A DNA stretch of 64,000 nucleotides from Thermoanaerobaculia bacterium (GCA_041912555.1 JAYRMU010000019.1:9119-73118); one strand, 5' to 3'; shown: positions 17,124 through 27,409, counted from the stretch's first letter. Notes: generated by a model not told the origin, from the letters alone. Translations and numbers: made by a program.

Positions 17124-19325
17124 CTACCGCCGGGCCGGCTCGAATACCTGGACACCGCGCTCCTCGTCGAGCACGACGGTCCGGTCCACTTCGGAGACGG
17201 GGCCGGCGTCCTGGACGCGGCCCGAGGGCCAGCGCACCGTGAGGCCTTCCAGGCGCGTCGCCTTGCCGAGGCCGAGGTGCACGATGGGGCTCCCCGTCGA
17301 GACGTAGCCGCTGGCGTTGCCGTTCTGCGTGACGATCCGGCGGCCTCCCGGGAGGACGGCCGTCACCTCGGCGCCGATCCCGTCGCGGTTGTCCCGGCCG
17401 GGGGTCCCGGCGAGGCGGATGCGCAGGAAGTGCTCGTCCGGTCGGCGCGAGCCGAGGAAGAGGGCCTCGGGCGCGCCGATCGAGCGGACGTAGAGGTCGA
17501 GGGCGCCGTCGCCGTTCGCGTCGAAGGCGACCGCCGCGCGGCCGTTCGTCTCGAGGTCGAGCCCGTCGAGGAAGGCGCGGTCCTCGAAGAGGGGAGCCCC
17601 CGCCGCGGCGCCGCCGCGATTGTGGAAGTAGCGGTCGCGCTCGATGCCGGCGATGCCCGCGCCCTTGCGGTCGAACGTGCGCGTGCCGGCGACGTAGTCG
17701 TCCCAGTAGGCGAGCGAGTCCCACCAGAACTCGAGCTCCACGTCGCGGTCGCGGCCGTCGCCCCACATCCCGTTGGTCGCGTAGAGGTCCGGCCACCCGT
17801 CGTCGTCGAGGTCGGCGGCGATCGAGCTCCAGTTCCAGCCGGCGTGCTGCGCGCCCGAGCGCGCGGTCGCGTCCTCGAAGGTGTGGTCCGGTTTCTGGAG
17901 GAGCAGCGTGTTGCCCGAGGCCATGTCCTCGCACCACCGGATCGCGAAGGGCAGGAAGAGGCGGCCCCAGAAGCCGACGGGCACCGAGGGGTACTCGTGG
18001 AGGAAGTACCACTGCGTGTCGGCGCCGGTCGTGTAGAGATCCGGGCGGCCGTCTCCGTCGAAGTCGGCCCACGCGCCGGACATCCCGTAGGCGCGGGCCT
18101 GCGTGCCGGTCTTCTTCGCGACGTCCTCGAAGCGGCGGCCGTTCACGTTGCGGTAAAGGTTCTTCAGGCCGAAGTCGTTGGTCGCCATGAGGTCCACGCG
18201 GCCGTCCTGGTCGTAATCCTGGAAGAGGGACGAGAGCGTCCAGCGGGTCGTTCCGGCGAGGCCCCAGGCCTTCGTCGCGTCGGTGAAGTGGCCGTGGCCG
18301 TCGTTCAGGTAGAGGACGTTCGGTCGGCCGTCGTTCGCGTCGAAGGGAGGGTCGGGCATCTGGTTGTAGTAGTCGCCGGTCACGCACACGAAGAGGTCGA
18401 GGTCGCCGTCGCCGTCCACGTCGGCGAAGGCGGCCGAGCGCGCGTTGCCGCCGACGGAGATGCCGGCGGCCGCGGTCGTCTCCTCGAAGGTGCCGTCGCC
18501 GCGGTTGCGGAAGAGGCGCGCGGGGCCGAACGCGTTGGTGACGAAGAGGTCGGGGTAGCCGTCGCCGTCCACGTCGGCGGCCGCGACGCCGGTCGCGGCG
18601 ATTCCCTCCGAAGCCGATTTTGCGAGGCCGGCGCGCTCGGTGACGTCGGTGAACCGGCCGTGGCCGTCGTTGCGGTACAGGATCGAGCGGAGGCCGTCGG
18701 CGACGAAGAGGTCCTCGAAGCCGTCGCGGTCGTAGTCGAGGACCGCGACGCCCGAGCCCGGCCAGATGTCGGCGATGAGATGGTTGACGAGCTTCAGGGG
18801 CGGGTCGTGGCGGGGCGCGCCGAGGCCGGCGTCGGCGGTGGCGTCGTGGAAGCGCGGCGAGGTCTCGACGCGGTTCCAGAGAGGTCGCTCGAGCTTCAGG
18901 GAGACGTGCGACCCGCCGGCGTCCCGCCGCTCGGTGACGATCGTCTCCGCGGCGCGCTCGACCCGGGCGCCATCGGCGCGAAAGCCGCCGACCGTGAAGA
19001 CGACGCGGCCGGCCGTGGTCTCGACCGCGCCGCCGATCTCGTGCGTCGGCTTCTCGACGCGGTAGTCCACGTAGCCGAGGCGGTCCAGGCCGTCCCACGC
19101 CCACGCGCGGAGCGCGGCGATCCCGTCCGGCTCGGCCGTGCCGGGGTCGCGGCGGCGCAGGGCTCGCCGCGTCGCCTCGCAGCCGTCGCGCCACCGGACG
19201 AGCCGCTGCATCCAGGGAGCGAACTCCGCGCGCAGCCGCTCGATGGAGGCGTTCCGGTAGACCCACCACCCCGCGCCGGCGAGGAGGACGAGGATCGCGG
19301 CGATGAGCAGATTGCGGCGTCGCAC
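17124..19325 (-). CDS. CRTAC1 family protein (FG-GAP/VCBS repeats + ASPIC/UnbV domain) with N-terminal membrane anchor
   Basis: Repeated DxDGDGxxDL motifs and a C-terminal ASPIC/UnbV-like region. Its stop lies 13 nt upstream of the halogenase start on the same strand. Confidence 0.7.
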   Translation of the reverse strand: MRRRNLLIAAILVLLAGAGWWVYRNASIERLRAEFAPWMQRLVRWRDGCEATRRALRRRDPGTAEPDGIAALRAWAWDGLDRLGYVDYRVEKPTHEIGGAVETTAGRVVFTVGGFRADGARVERAAETIVTERRDAGGSHVSLKLERPLWNRVETSPRFHDATADAGLGAPRHDPPLKLVNHLIADIWPGSGVAVLDYDRDGFEDLFVADGLRSILYRNDGHGRFTDVTERAGLAKSASEGIAATGVAAADVDGDGYPDLFVTNAFGPARLFRNRGDGTFEETTAAAGISVGGNARSAAFADVDGDGDLDLFVCVTGDYYNQMPDPPFDANDGRPNVLYLNDGHGHFTDATKAWGLAGTTRWTLSSLFQDYDQDGRVDLMATNDFGLKNLYRNVNGRRFEDVAKKTGTQARAYGMSGAWADFDGDGRPDLYTTGADTQWYFLHEYPSVPVGFWGRLFLPFAIRWCEDMASGNTLLLQKPDHTFEDATARSGAQHAGWNWSSIAADLDDDGWPDLYATNGMWGDGRDRDVELEFWWDSLAYWDDYVAGTRTFDRKGAGIAGIERDRYFHNRGGAAAGAPLFEDRAFLDGLDLETNGRAAVAFDANGDGALDLYVRSIGAPEALFLGSRRPDEHFLRIRLAGTPGRDNRDGIGAEVTAVLPGGRRIVTQNGNASGYVSTGSPIVHLGLGKATRLEGLTVRWPSGRVQDAGPVSEVDRTVVLDEERGVQVFEPARR

Positions 19326-19425
19326 CGAAATGGATCCTAACCCGGGCCGCCGGGCGGACCTTTGGCGTTACCATCCCCTGGGAGTCTCGAACACGGCCGT
19401 TTTCCCATTGCTGGAGGAATCAAGC

Positions 19426-20196
19426 ATGAAGCTCCGCACCGAATGGATCTTGCTCTTCGCCCTGGCGGCCTCGCCGCTGCTCGGCCAGACGTCGAACGAT
19501 GGAACGCGGGACCTCCTCCGGAATCCGCTCCCCGGGGCGCGGCCGAGCGCTCCTCAGACCTATGGAGCCAACGACTCGCTGCAGCGCATCGCGGTCCAGA
19601 GCTTCGCCCCGGTCGCCTCGACCGAGGGCTACGCCTACACGAACGGCACGACGAGCTTCACGCGCTACGCGACGATCGCCGGGAGCCAGCCGTTTGCCGC
19701 GCACCCCGTGCTGCCGTCGGGCGCGGTCGTGACCGCCGTCGACTTCGACGTCTGCGATTCCAGCGCGTCGGACGACATCAGCGTGGCGGTGCTGACGACC
19801 GACCGTTTCGGCCAGGGCATCCAGCAGGTCGGTCCGACGTTCACGACGGAGTCGGCTCCCGGCTGCGTGACCCTCACCGACGACCTGGGCGCGACGAACA
19901 TCATCGTCGACAACACGAGCCAGATCGTCCTCGACGTCATCCTGGCGTCCGGCGACGCGTCGAACTCGTTCGCGGGAGCGACGGTTCACTACCATCTCCA
20001 GGTCTCGCCCGGGCCGGTCACGGCCGACTTCACGGACGTTCCGACCAGCCACCCGTTCTTCCAGTTCGTCGAGGCGCTCTACCACGCGGGGATCACGGCG
20101 GGCTGCGGCGGCGGGAACTTCTGTCCGGACACGCCTCTGACGCGCGGGCAGATGGCCGTGTTCCTGTCGAAGGCCCTCGGGCTGCAGTTTCCGTAG
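19426..20196 (+). CDS. secreted protein with C-terminal S-layer homology (SLH) domain, paralogue 1
   Basis: Has a signal peptide. The C-terminus FTDVPTSHPFFQFVEALYHAGITAGCGGGNFCPDTPLTRGQMAVFLSKALGL matches the SLH consensus. Confidence 0.65.
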   Translation: MKLRTEWILLFALAASPLLGQTSNDGTRDLLRNPLPGARPSAPQTYGANDSLQRIAVQSFAPVASTEGYAYTNGTTSFTRYATIAGSQPFAAHPVLPSGAVVTAVDFDVCDSSASDDISVAVLTTDRFGQGIQQVGPTFTTESAPGCVTLTDDLGATNIIVDNTSQIVLDVILASGDASNSFAGATVHYHLQVSPGPVTADFTDVPTSHPFFQFVEALYHAGITAGCGGGNFCPDTPLTRGQMAVFLSKALGLQFP

Positions 20197-20302
20197 GTCT
20201 CCGGGACCGGCCCGGGTCGCGGGTCGCGATCGGCCAACGGGGCGGCCGGACATCCTCGGGGATGCCCGGTCGCCGGTCGCCGGCCGCGGTCGCGGGTGAG
20301 AA

Positions 20303-21097
20303 CTAGAAGGAGAGGCCGAGCGCCTTGGCGAGGAAGACCGCCATCTGGCCGCGGGTGACGGGGTTGTCGGGACAGTAGTTTCCGCCGCCGCATCCGCCGG
20401 TGATGCCGGACGCCGAGAGGGCCTGGATGTACTGGAAAAACGGGTGGTTGGTCGGAACGTCGAGGAACGTCGCCGTGGCGGGCGCCGGGCTCACCTGGAG
20501 CTTGTAGCCGACGACCATCCCGGACAGGCCGATCTGGAACGCCCCCGTCTGAGTCACGACCGCATAGAGCCAGTAGTGGTAGCTGAAGTTGTCCACGACG
20601 AGGTTGTTCGGCGTCAGGTCTTCCGAGAAGTAGGCACACCCGCTGCCGTCGGAGGCGAGAAATCCCGTGGCCGTCGAGTCCCCGTAGACGTCCGATTTTA
20701 CGAGGGAGCCCTGGACCCAGCCCGAACCGCCCGTATTGTCGCAGCCATCGAGCTCGAGGTACGTGATGACGGCCCCTTGCGGCAGGTTGAGCGGGGCCGC
20801 GAAGTCGGTCCCGGGAAACAGATCTCCGGTCCTTAGAACGCTGTCGTGATACCCGTTCGTGGTTCCCCAGGCAGCCGCGGAGGACGTCGGTGTGAACGCG
20901 GAGCCGGCGACCTGGACGTACGTGACCTTGCTGGTTCCGTAGTCGGGCGCCAGCGGCTTGGCGACGAGGGGAGCGCCGTTCGGCACGGCCTGGAGAATCG
21001 GCCGGCTGGGTCCGGCGCTTTGCTGGGCCAGGGCGCTTCCTGCGACGAAGAGGCCCGCGAGGACTGCGCCGTTGACGCGAGAGACGAGGGGCTTCAT
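20303..21097 (-). CDS. secreted SLH-domain protein, paralogue 2
   Basis: Same C-terminal SLH domain, homologous N-domain and signal peptide as paralogue 1. The start at MKPLV follows an RBS. Confidence 0.65.
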   Translation of the reverse strand: MKPLVSRVNGAVLAGLFVAGSALAQQSAGPSRPILQAVPNGAPLVAKPLAPDYGTSKVTYVQVAGSAFTPTSSAAAWGTTNGYHDSVLRTGDLFPGTDFAAPLNLPQGAVITYLELDGCDNTGGSGWVQGSLVKSDVYGDSTATGFLASDGSGCAYFSEDLTPNNLVVDNFSYHYWLYAVVTQTGAFQIGLSGMVVGYKLQVSPAPATATFLDVPTNHPFFQYIQALSASGITGGCGGGNYCPDNPVTRGQMAVFLAKALGLSF

Positions 21098-21264
21098 GGC
21101 TTTTCTCCTTGAGTTAGCGAAGGCCGAGGCGCCGGCCCTGGCATCGACCAAGGATAGCGGGTAGCGGCGGTTTTGGGGTTCCAAATCCGCGCCCCCGCTG
21201 CAGCGGCGGACCGCTGGTTTCTTCTCGAAGCGTAATCCACTACCATCGGCGGTCCGACCACTTG

Positions 21265-21358
21265 CGGAGAGGTGGGTGAGTGGCTGAAACCAGCGGTTTG
21301 CTAAACCGCCGTAGGGGCCTAAACCTCTACCACGGGTTCGAATCCCGTCCTCTCCGCC
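21265..21358 (+). tRNA. tRNA-Ser (anticodon GCT)
   Basis: Acceptor GGAGAGG/CCTCTCC, anticodon loop ttGCTaa, long variable arm and a GGTTCGAATCC T-loop, ending GCCA. Confidence 0.8.
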
Positions 21359-21514
21359 ACTTTGCGCCGCGAGCCTCCACGGGTTCGAGCCGGCCACCGA
21401 AGGCAGACCCCCGGCAGTAGGCAACGCCGTCCGAAGGACGGCCTTTATCCCGTCCTCTCCGCCACTTTGCGCCGCGAGCCCCCACGGGTTCGAGCCGGCC
21501 ACCGAAGGCAGACC
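21341..21514 (+). repeat. tandem 69-bp direct repeat (copies 21341-21409 and 21446-21514) comprising the last 18 nt of tRNA-Ser(GCT) plus 51 nt of downstream sequence; spacer contains perfect hairpin gccgtcc-gaag-ggacggc
   Basis: Read directly from the sequence. The copies differ at one position (t/c). Confidence 0.85.
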
Positions 21515-21529
21515 CTAGCCGAACCGTTC

Positions 21530-23008
21530 TCAGCGCGAACGCAGAGTCCAGGCGCCCACCGCCATGAGCGAAAGCACGAGAACGAGCGGGGCGATTCCGT
21601 CCAGCGTGGGGACGGCGGCGAGGACGCCGCCGACCGCCGCGGAGCCGGTCGCCGTTGCGGTCGCCGTACCGGGGGCATCGTCGGTGAGGGTCACCGACAG
21701 GACGTACGTCCCGGTGGCCGCATAGGTATGGCTTCCGTTCACGGTGAACGATCCTGACGCCCCGGCGACGGTTCCGGGAGTCGTCGCTCCGTCTCCCCAG
21801 CCGATCGTCGCGACGAAATCCCCCGCGACGTTGGCGGTGTTGGTGTCGGAAAACGTGGCCACGGCTCCGGAGAAGGGAAGGCCCCGGGTCGCGCTGATCG
21901 CCAGTCCCGTGCCCGCAAGGACGTCCGTCTCCGCGACGGCCGCCGTGCCGTTCGCCGTCGCGCTGAGCGAGTTGGCGAGGTCGTTGACGACCGTCGTGAC
22001 CGAAAAGCTCCCTTCGTCCGCGTAGGTGTGCGTCCCGGCGACGGAGAACGAGCCGGCCGATCCGCTGACGGTCCCCGCCGTGGCCGAGCCGTCGCCCCAG
22101 TCGATCGTGGCGGTGAAATTGCCCGCCGGCTGGACCGTGTCCGAATCGGTGAACGTCGCGACCGGTCCCGCGAAGCTCACGCCCTCCGACGCCGAGACGC
22201 CCACGGGCGCCGCGTCCAGCACGGCGGCCGCGACTCCGTCCAGGGAGAAGGCCGCGTTGAACGTCGGGGGAGTGGCTCCTCCCACGATGTCCGTCCCGAC
22301 GCGGAGCCAGTCCGGCGCGAGGTTCGCGTTCCGGATCCAGCTCTGCAGGTCGGGAGCGAACGGCGTTCCCGGCGGCACGATGGGTTTGGGCGCCGAGAGG
22401 AAGTAGAAATTCTCGCTCGCGCTCGCCAGGAGGACCTGGGGAACGAAGAAGTAATGGCCGGGCGGCAGCAGGAGGGCCGGCGTGAACGTGACGTCGACGA
22501 GGACTTCCTGCCCCGTGACCGGACCCTCGCCGCCGGTGGTCTGGCCGGGGATCGGGTTGATCCCGTTGAGAACGGAGTTGGCGGCCGTGAAGGTCGCGTT
22601 GAGGGTCGAAACGGTGAACGACAGGGTCGCCGCGGCGCTGTCCCGCGAGTCGAAGGCCACGTCCGACGGCGAATTGACCCGCGTCGGGACGTTCCCCGAG
22701 GGAGGCACGGTCGAGTCGAGAGGGAACACCCGGTAGATCTCGACCACGACCTGGCCGACGTCCGAAAGGGAGGCGCTCGAGGGGATCAGGCCCGTGACGG
22801 TGGCATGGTTGATGGTCGTCTGCGCCGCGAGGACGAAGTCGTCGGCGGATTCGGTCTCGATCTGTCCGTTCCCGTCCGGCCGGGAGGCGGTCGCCATCGA
22901 GCCGTCGGGATCTCCGGTGCTGAACTGGAAGACCGGAACGCCCCGGCTCGTCGCGGCCGCCGAGAGACCGAGGACGAGAATCGCCGCGCGCAGTCCGTGT
23001 CTGCCCAT
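21530..23008 (-). CDS. secreted protein with two PKD-like repeats and IPTL-CTERM-like C-terminal sorting signal
   Basis: Has a signal peptide. IDWGDGSAT…GTHTYA and IGWGDGATT…GSHTYA are PKD motifs. The C-terminus is VPTLDGIAPLVLVLSLMAVGAWTLRSR. Confidence 0.6.
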   Translation of the reverse strand: MGRHGLRAAILVLGLSAAATSRGVPVFQFSTGDPDGSMATASRPDGNGQIETESADDFVLAAQTTINHATVTGLIPSSASLSDVGQVVVEIYRVFPLDSTVPPSGNVPTRVNSPSDVAFDSRDSAAATLSFTVSTLNATFTAANSVLNGINPIPGQTTGGEGPVTGQEVLVDVTFTPALLLPPGHYFFVPQVLLASASENFYFLSAPKPIVPPGTPFAPDLQSWIRNANLAPDWLRVGTDIVGGATPPTFNAAFSLDGVAAAVLDAAPVGVSASEGVSFAGPVATFTDSDTVQPAGNFTATIDWGDGSATAGTVSGSAGSFSVAGTHTYADEGSFSVTTVVNDLANSLSATANGTAAVAETDVLAGTGLAISATRGLPFSGAVATFSDTNTANVAGDFVATIGWGDGATTPGTVAGASGSFTVNGSHTYAATGTYVLSVTLTDDAPGTATATATGSAAVGGVLAAVPTLDGIAPLVLVLSLMAVGAWTLRSR

Positions 23009-23099
23009 GTTCGATCTCCTTCCGTCGCCGGGACGGCCGACTCCGGACGAGGCCGGCCGCGAGCCGGCACGAAGGCTACCGCATCCCCGGCGAGCCGGT

Positions 23100-24479
23100 T
23101 CAGTTACAGGGAAACGCCGCGGTGTCCTGGATCGGGACGAACGCCGTGCCCTGGGGGTTCGTGTACGGGTTCGTGGTTCCGGTGACGACGTCGGTGACGG
23201 TCAGGCTGACGCGGACGTTGGTCAGGCCGCTCGCGAAGACCCAGCGGTGCCCGTTGACGCCGCAGCCCTCGAGGACCTTGACCATCACCTCGACGTTCGC
23301 GCTGTCGAAAAACCAGAAATAGCCGGTGTCGCCGGTCAGGCGGACGGCGTTTCCCTGCCCGCTCGTCCCGTCGGACCTCGTCCACCCGGCGCGGACGCGG
23401 AAGCGCGCGGCGTCGAGGCAGAGAGTCTGGCCGTCGGCCTGGCAGGACGCCTGGCCGCCGGTGAACGTGCGCTCGTAGACGCCCAGTCCCGTCGCGGCAT
23501 ACACGAGCGTGCCGCCGGCGGACAGCGCGATCCGGGTCGCTCCGGACGCCGGAAGAAACGTGTCGCTCCACGTCGCGCCCCCGTCGAGGCTGGCGTACAC
23601 CCCGCCCGTCTGGAGGAGCCCGCCCGCGTCGCTTCCGGCGGCGAAGGCGCGCGTCGGGGCGTGGGGGTCGATGGCGACGTCGGTGACGTACACGCCCGTC
23701 AGGGAGCTCGCGGTCCAGGTGTTTCCCCCGTTCGTGCTGCGGTAGACCCCGCCGCACGCCAGGCCTCCGGCGCCGAACACGCCGGCGCCGGCGACGAGGA
23801 CGTTCGCGTTGGTCGGGTCGGCGCGCAGGGCGTTCATGCCGGCGCAGGGCAGCGGGTTGCCGACCTTCTGCCACGAGGTCCCTCCCGCGGCGCTCCGGAA
23901 GAGCGTCGTCTGCCCGTACGCGAGGAGGGCGCCCGCTCCGTCGGCCGTCAGCCGCGTCGGCTCGGTGAAGGGAACGGCGATCTCCTGCCAGGTCAGGCCC
24001 GCGTCGCCGGTCTTGTAGAGACGGGTCCCGCACGCGACGAAGGCCGCCCCGGCGGACGCGCCCGGCGCGAAGGACGGGACGCAGAACACGGGGATCTCCT
24101 GCCCGAGGGTCCACGTCGCGCCCGTGTCCGCGGAGCGGTAGATGCGCGTGGTCGAGCCGGAGGCGAGCGCGCCGGCGTAGAGCGTGGCGGGATTGGCCGG
24201 GTCGACGAGGAGGTCGGAATAGAACTCGCCCGAGGCCGCCTGGACGACCGTGCTCCAGGTATGGCCGCCGTTGACGCTCCGGAAGATCGCGCTCTGCCCC
24301 GCCGAGAAGTCGGCGCTCCCGGAGTAGACGGTGAGCTCGTCCGGCGCCGTCGCGACGGCGTTGACCTGGAAGAGCGGAGGCCCGAAGGTCTCCCACGCGG
24401 GCGACTGGGCGAGGGCGCGGGAGGCGCAGGCGGCGAGGAGGACGAAGGCCGCGCGCGCTCCGGATCGCATCGCGCCCAT
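23100..24479 (-). CDS. secreted BNR/Asp-box repeat beta-propeller protein with conserved unknown ~110-aa C-terminal domain
   Basis: At least six SxDxGxTW Asp-box motifs. The C-terminal domain is shared with the protein at 55652-56488. Confidence 0.65.
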   Translation of the reverse strand: MGAMRSGARAAFVLLAACASRALAQSPAWETFGPPLFQVNAVATAPDELTVYSGSADFSAGQSAIFRSVNGGHTWSTVVQAASGEFYSDLLVDPANPATLYAGALASGSTTRIYRSADTGATWTLGQEIPVFCVPSFAPGASAGAAFVACGTRLYKTGDAGLTWQEIAVPFTEPTRLTADGAGALLAYGQTTLFRSAAGGTSWQKVGNPLPCAGMNALRADPTNANVLVAGAGVFGAGGLACGGVYRSTNGGNTWTASSLTGVYVTDVAIDPHAPTRAFAAGSDAGGLLQTGGVYASLDGGATWSDTFLPASGATRIALSAGGTLVYAATGLGVYERTFTGGQASCQADGQTLCLDAARFRVRAGWTRSDGTSGQGNAVRLTGDTGYFWFFDSANVEVMVKVLEGCGVNGHRWVFASGLTNVRVSLTVTDVVTGTTNPYTNPQGTAFVPIQDTAAFPCN

Positions 24480-24523
24480 TGTACGTGAGCGTTTCCTCGT
24501 GGCCGGAGCGGCGCGGGGTTAGG

Positions 24524-25150
24524 ATGGGAGCCATGTCGGCGGGCCTCGGCGCGCGCCTGCGCCGTTACTGGGTGGCGGGGATCGTCGTCCTCGCGCCGAC
24601 GGCGCTGACGGCGTGGGTCGTCTGGAAGCTCTTCTCGTTCTTCGACAACATCCTCGGGGCCCAGCTGCGGGCGCGCGGGATCTCGGTCGTGGGCCTCGGC
24701 TTCGTCCTGCTCAACCTGCTGCTCCTGCTGCTCGGGTTCATCGCGGCGAACATCCTCGGAAAGCGGGCCTTCGCGGTGTGGGACCGCCTCATGCACCGCG
24801 TTCCCCTGATCAACAAGATCTACGCGACGTTGAGGCAGATCGCGGAGCTGCTGCTCGGGCCGTCGCGGGTGGGCTCGTTCGGCCGCGTGGCGATCGTCGA
24901 GTTCCCCTCTCCCGGGACGTGGGGGCTCGGCTTCGTGACCTCCACGGCGGACGGAGAGGCCGGCGAGAAGCTCGAGCGGAAGGTGTGCAGCCTCTTCATC
25001 CCGAGCGCGGTCAACCCGACGACCGGGTTCCTGCTCGTCGTGCCGGAGGAGAAGGTCACCTACCTCGACATGACGCCGGAGCAGGCGATGAAGATGATCG
25101 TGTCGGCGGGCGCCCTCGTGCCGCCGGCGTCGCCGCCCGGGCTCGCCTAG
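24524..25150 (+). CDS. DUF502 family membrane protein
   Basis: N-terminal TM pair and conserved RVPLINKIY…VAIVEFPSPGTWGLGFVT…PSAVNPTTGFLLVVPEE…MTPEQAMKMIVSAG blocks. Confidence 0.65.
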   Translation: MGAMSAGLGARLRRYWVAGIVVLAPTALTAWVVWKLFSFFDNILGAQLRARGISVVGLGFVLLNLLLLLLGFIAANILGKRAFAVWDRLMHRVPLINKIYATLRQIAELLLGPSRVGSFGRVAIVEFPSPGTWGLGFVTSTADGEAGEKLERKVCSLFIPSAVNPTTGFLLVVPEEKVTYLDMTPEQAMKMIVSAGALVPPASPPGLA

Positions 25151-25908
25151 GCCGGCTCCTTCCGCGCCGTCACCAGGAGCTGCTCGCTCGCGAGCATCGC
25201 GGGGCGCGTCATCCAGCGGAAGAGGTCGTCTTCGCCGCGCGCGTGCTCGGCGTTGCCGCGGTGGCGCGAGGTTTCGATCCGCGTGGAGACCCAGACGAAC
25301 GGGTAGAAGAGGAGCATCCACGCGTGCTTCGCCTTGAAGAGGGTGAAGTCGAGGCGCTCGACGCGCAGGCCGGCCTGGCGCAGCAGCGTGTGGAGCAGCG
25401 GGAAATCGATCGGGTTGATGTGGTACGCGTAGAGGTCGTCGGGCGAGAGGTCCCACCCCGCGCGGCGGCGGATGAGCTTGTGCGTCCCGGTGAAGAAGAA
25501 GTGCCAGCGGGAGTGCAGGCGCGCGACGTTCGGGGTCGAGAGGACCAGGTGGCCGCCGGCCGCGAGCACGCGGCCGATCTCGGCGATGACCGGGATCTCG
25601 GTCGGCAGGTGCTCGGCGACCTCGCAGAGGATCACGAGGTCGAAGGCGGCGTCGGGATAGGGCAGCGGCTTCACGAGGTCCACGTCGGCATCGATCGGCA
25701 CGGCGTCGGTGTGCAGCGGCGCCCGCGTGTCGGCGAGCTTGTAGTCGTCGGCGCGGAAGTGCGTGCCGCGCACGGCGCAGCCGTCCTTCGCCAGGGCCGC
25801 CGCGATTTCGCCGCGGCCGGCCGAGAGATCGAGCACGCGCAGGCGCGGGTAGCCCGGCAGGCGCCGCGCCGCCCGGAGCACCGCCTCGAAGACGTGGGGC
25901 TGGGGCAT
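25147..25908 (-). CDS. class I SAM-dependent methyltransferase
   Basis: Motif I (VLDLSAGRGE) and motif II (LVIL). Confidence 0.6.
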   Translation of the reverse strand: MPQPHVFEAVLRAARRLPGYPRLRVLDLSAGRGEIAAALAKDGCAVRGTHFRADDYKLADTRAPLHTDAVPIDADVDLVKPLPYPDAAFDLVILCEVAEHLPTEIPVIAEIGRVLAAGGHLVLSTPNVARLHSRWHFFFTGTHKLIRRRAGWDLSPDDLYAYHINPIDFPLLHTLLRQAGLRVERLDFTLFKAKHAWMLLFYPFVWVSTRIETSRHRGNAEHARGEDDLFRWMTRPAMLASEQLLVTARKEPA

Positions 25909-25923
25909 GGGATCGAAGATTAT

Positions 25924-26076
25924 GGGGTCAGGTCTCTAAAAGAGCGATCTTCTGCCGCTTCGAAGCAACGCCGACGCCATCGCCGCCTCCCATTGCCTGG
26001 CGGCACGTCGCTCCTTGAGAGACCTGACCCCGCGACCTTTGCCTCGCATCGCTTGGAGCGGCAGCAAGACGCTCCT

Positions 26077-26092
<16 letters not shown>
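25924..26092. repeat. inverted-repeat element: 23-bp motif ggggtcaggtctctaa[a/g]gagcg present once in + and twice in - orientation (25924-25946, 26009-26031, 26070-26092); outer copies flanked by ~30 bp of further imperfect complementarity
   Basis: Read directly from the sequence. The rightmost copy encodes the serS C-terminus and stop. The mRNA can form a long stem enclosing ~120 nt. Confidence 0.7.
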
Positions 26093-27339
<1,247 letters not shown>

Positions 27340-27409
27340 CGCAGCGCGATTTCATATCGCGCACGCCGATCGAGTCAACCGTTTGAGCGGGGTCCCGCAC
27401 CTTCCGGAC

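Noticed and set aside
21362-21757. ORFs translated across the tRNA-Ser(GCT) repeat region (21362-21757 +, and the N-terminal 135 aa of 20303-21502 -)
   Set aside because: These are translations of tRNA/att-repeat DNA. The real gene starts at MKPLV (21097).
22028-25456. Long + and - strand ORFs 22028-23185, 22794-24488, 23104-24534, 23993-25456
   Set aside because: These are low-complexity RG-rich translations antisense to, or out of frame with, the PKD, BNR and DUF502 genes.
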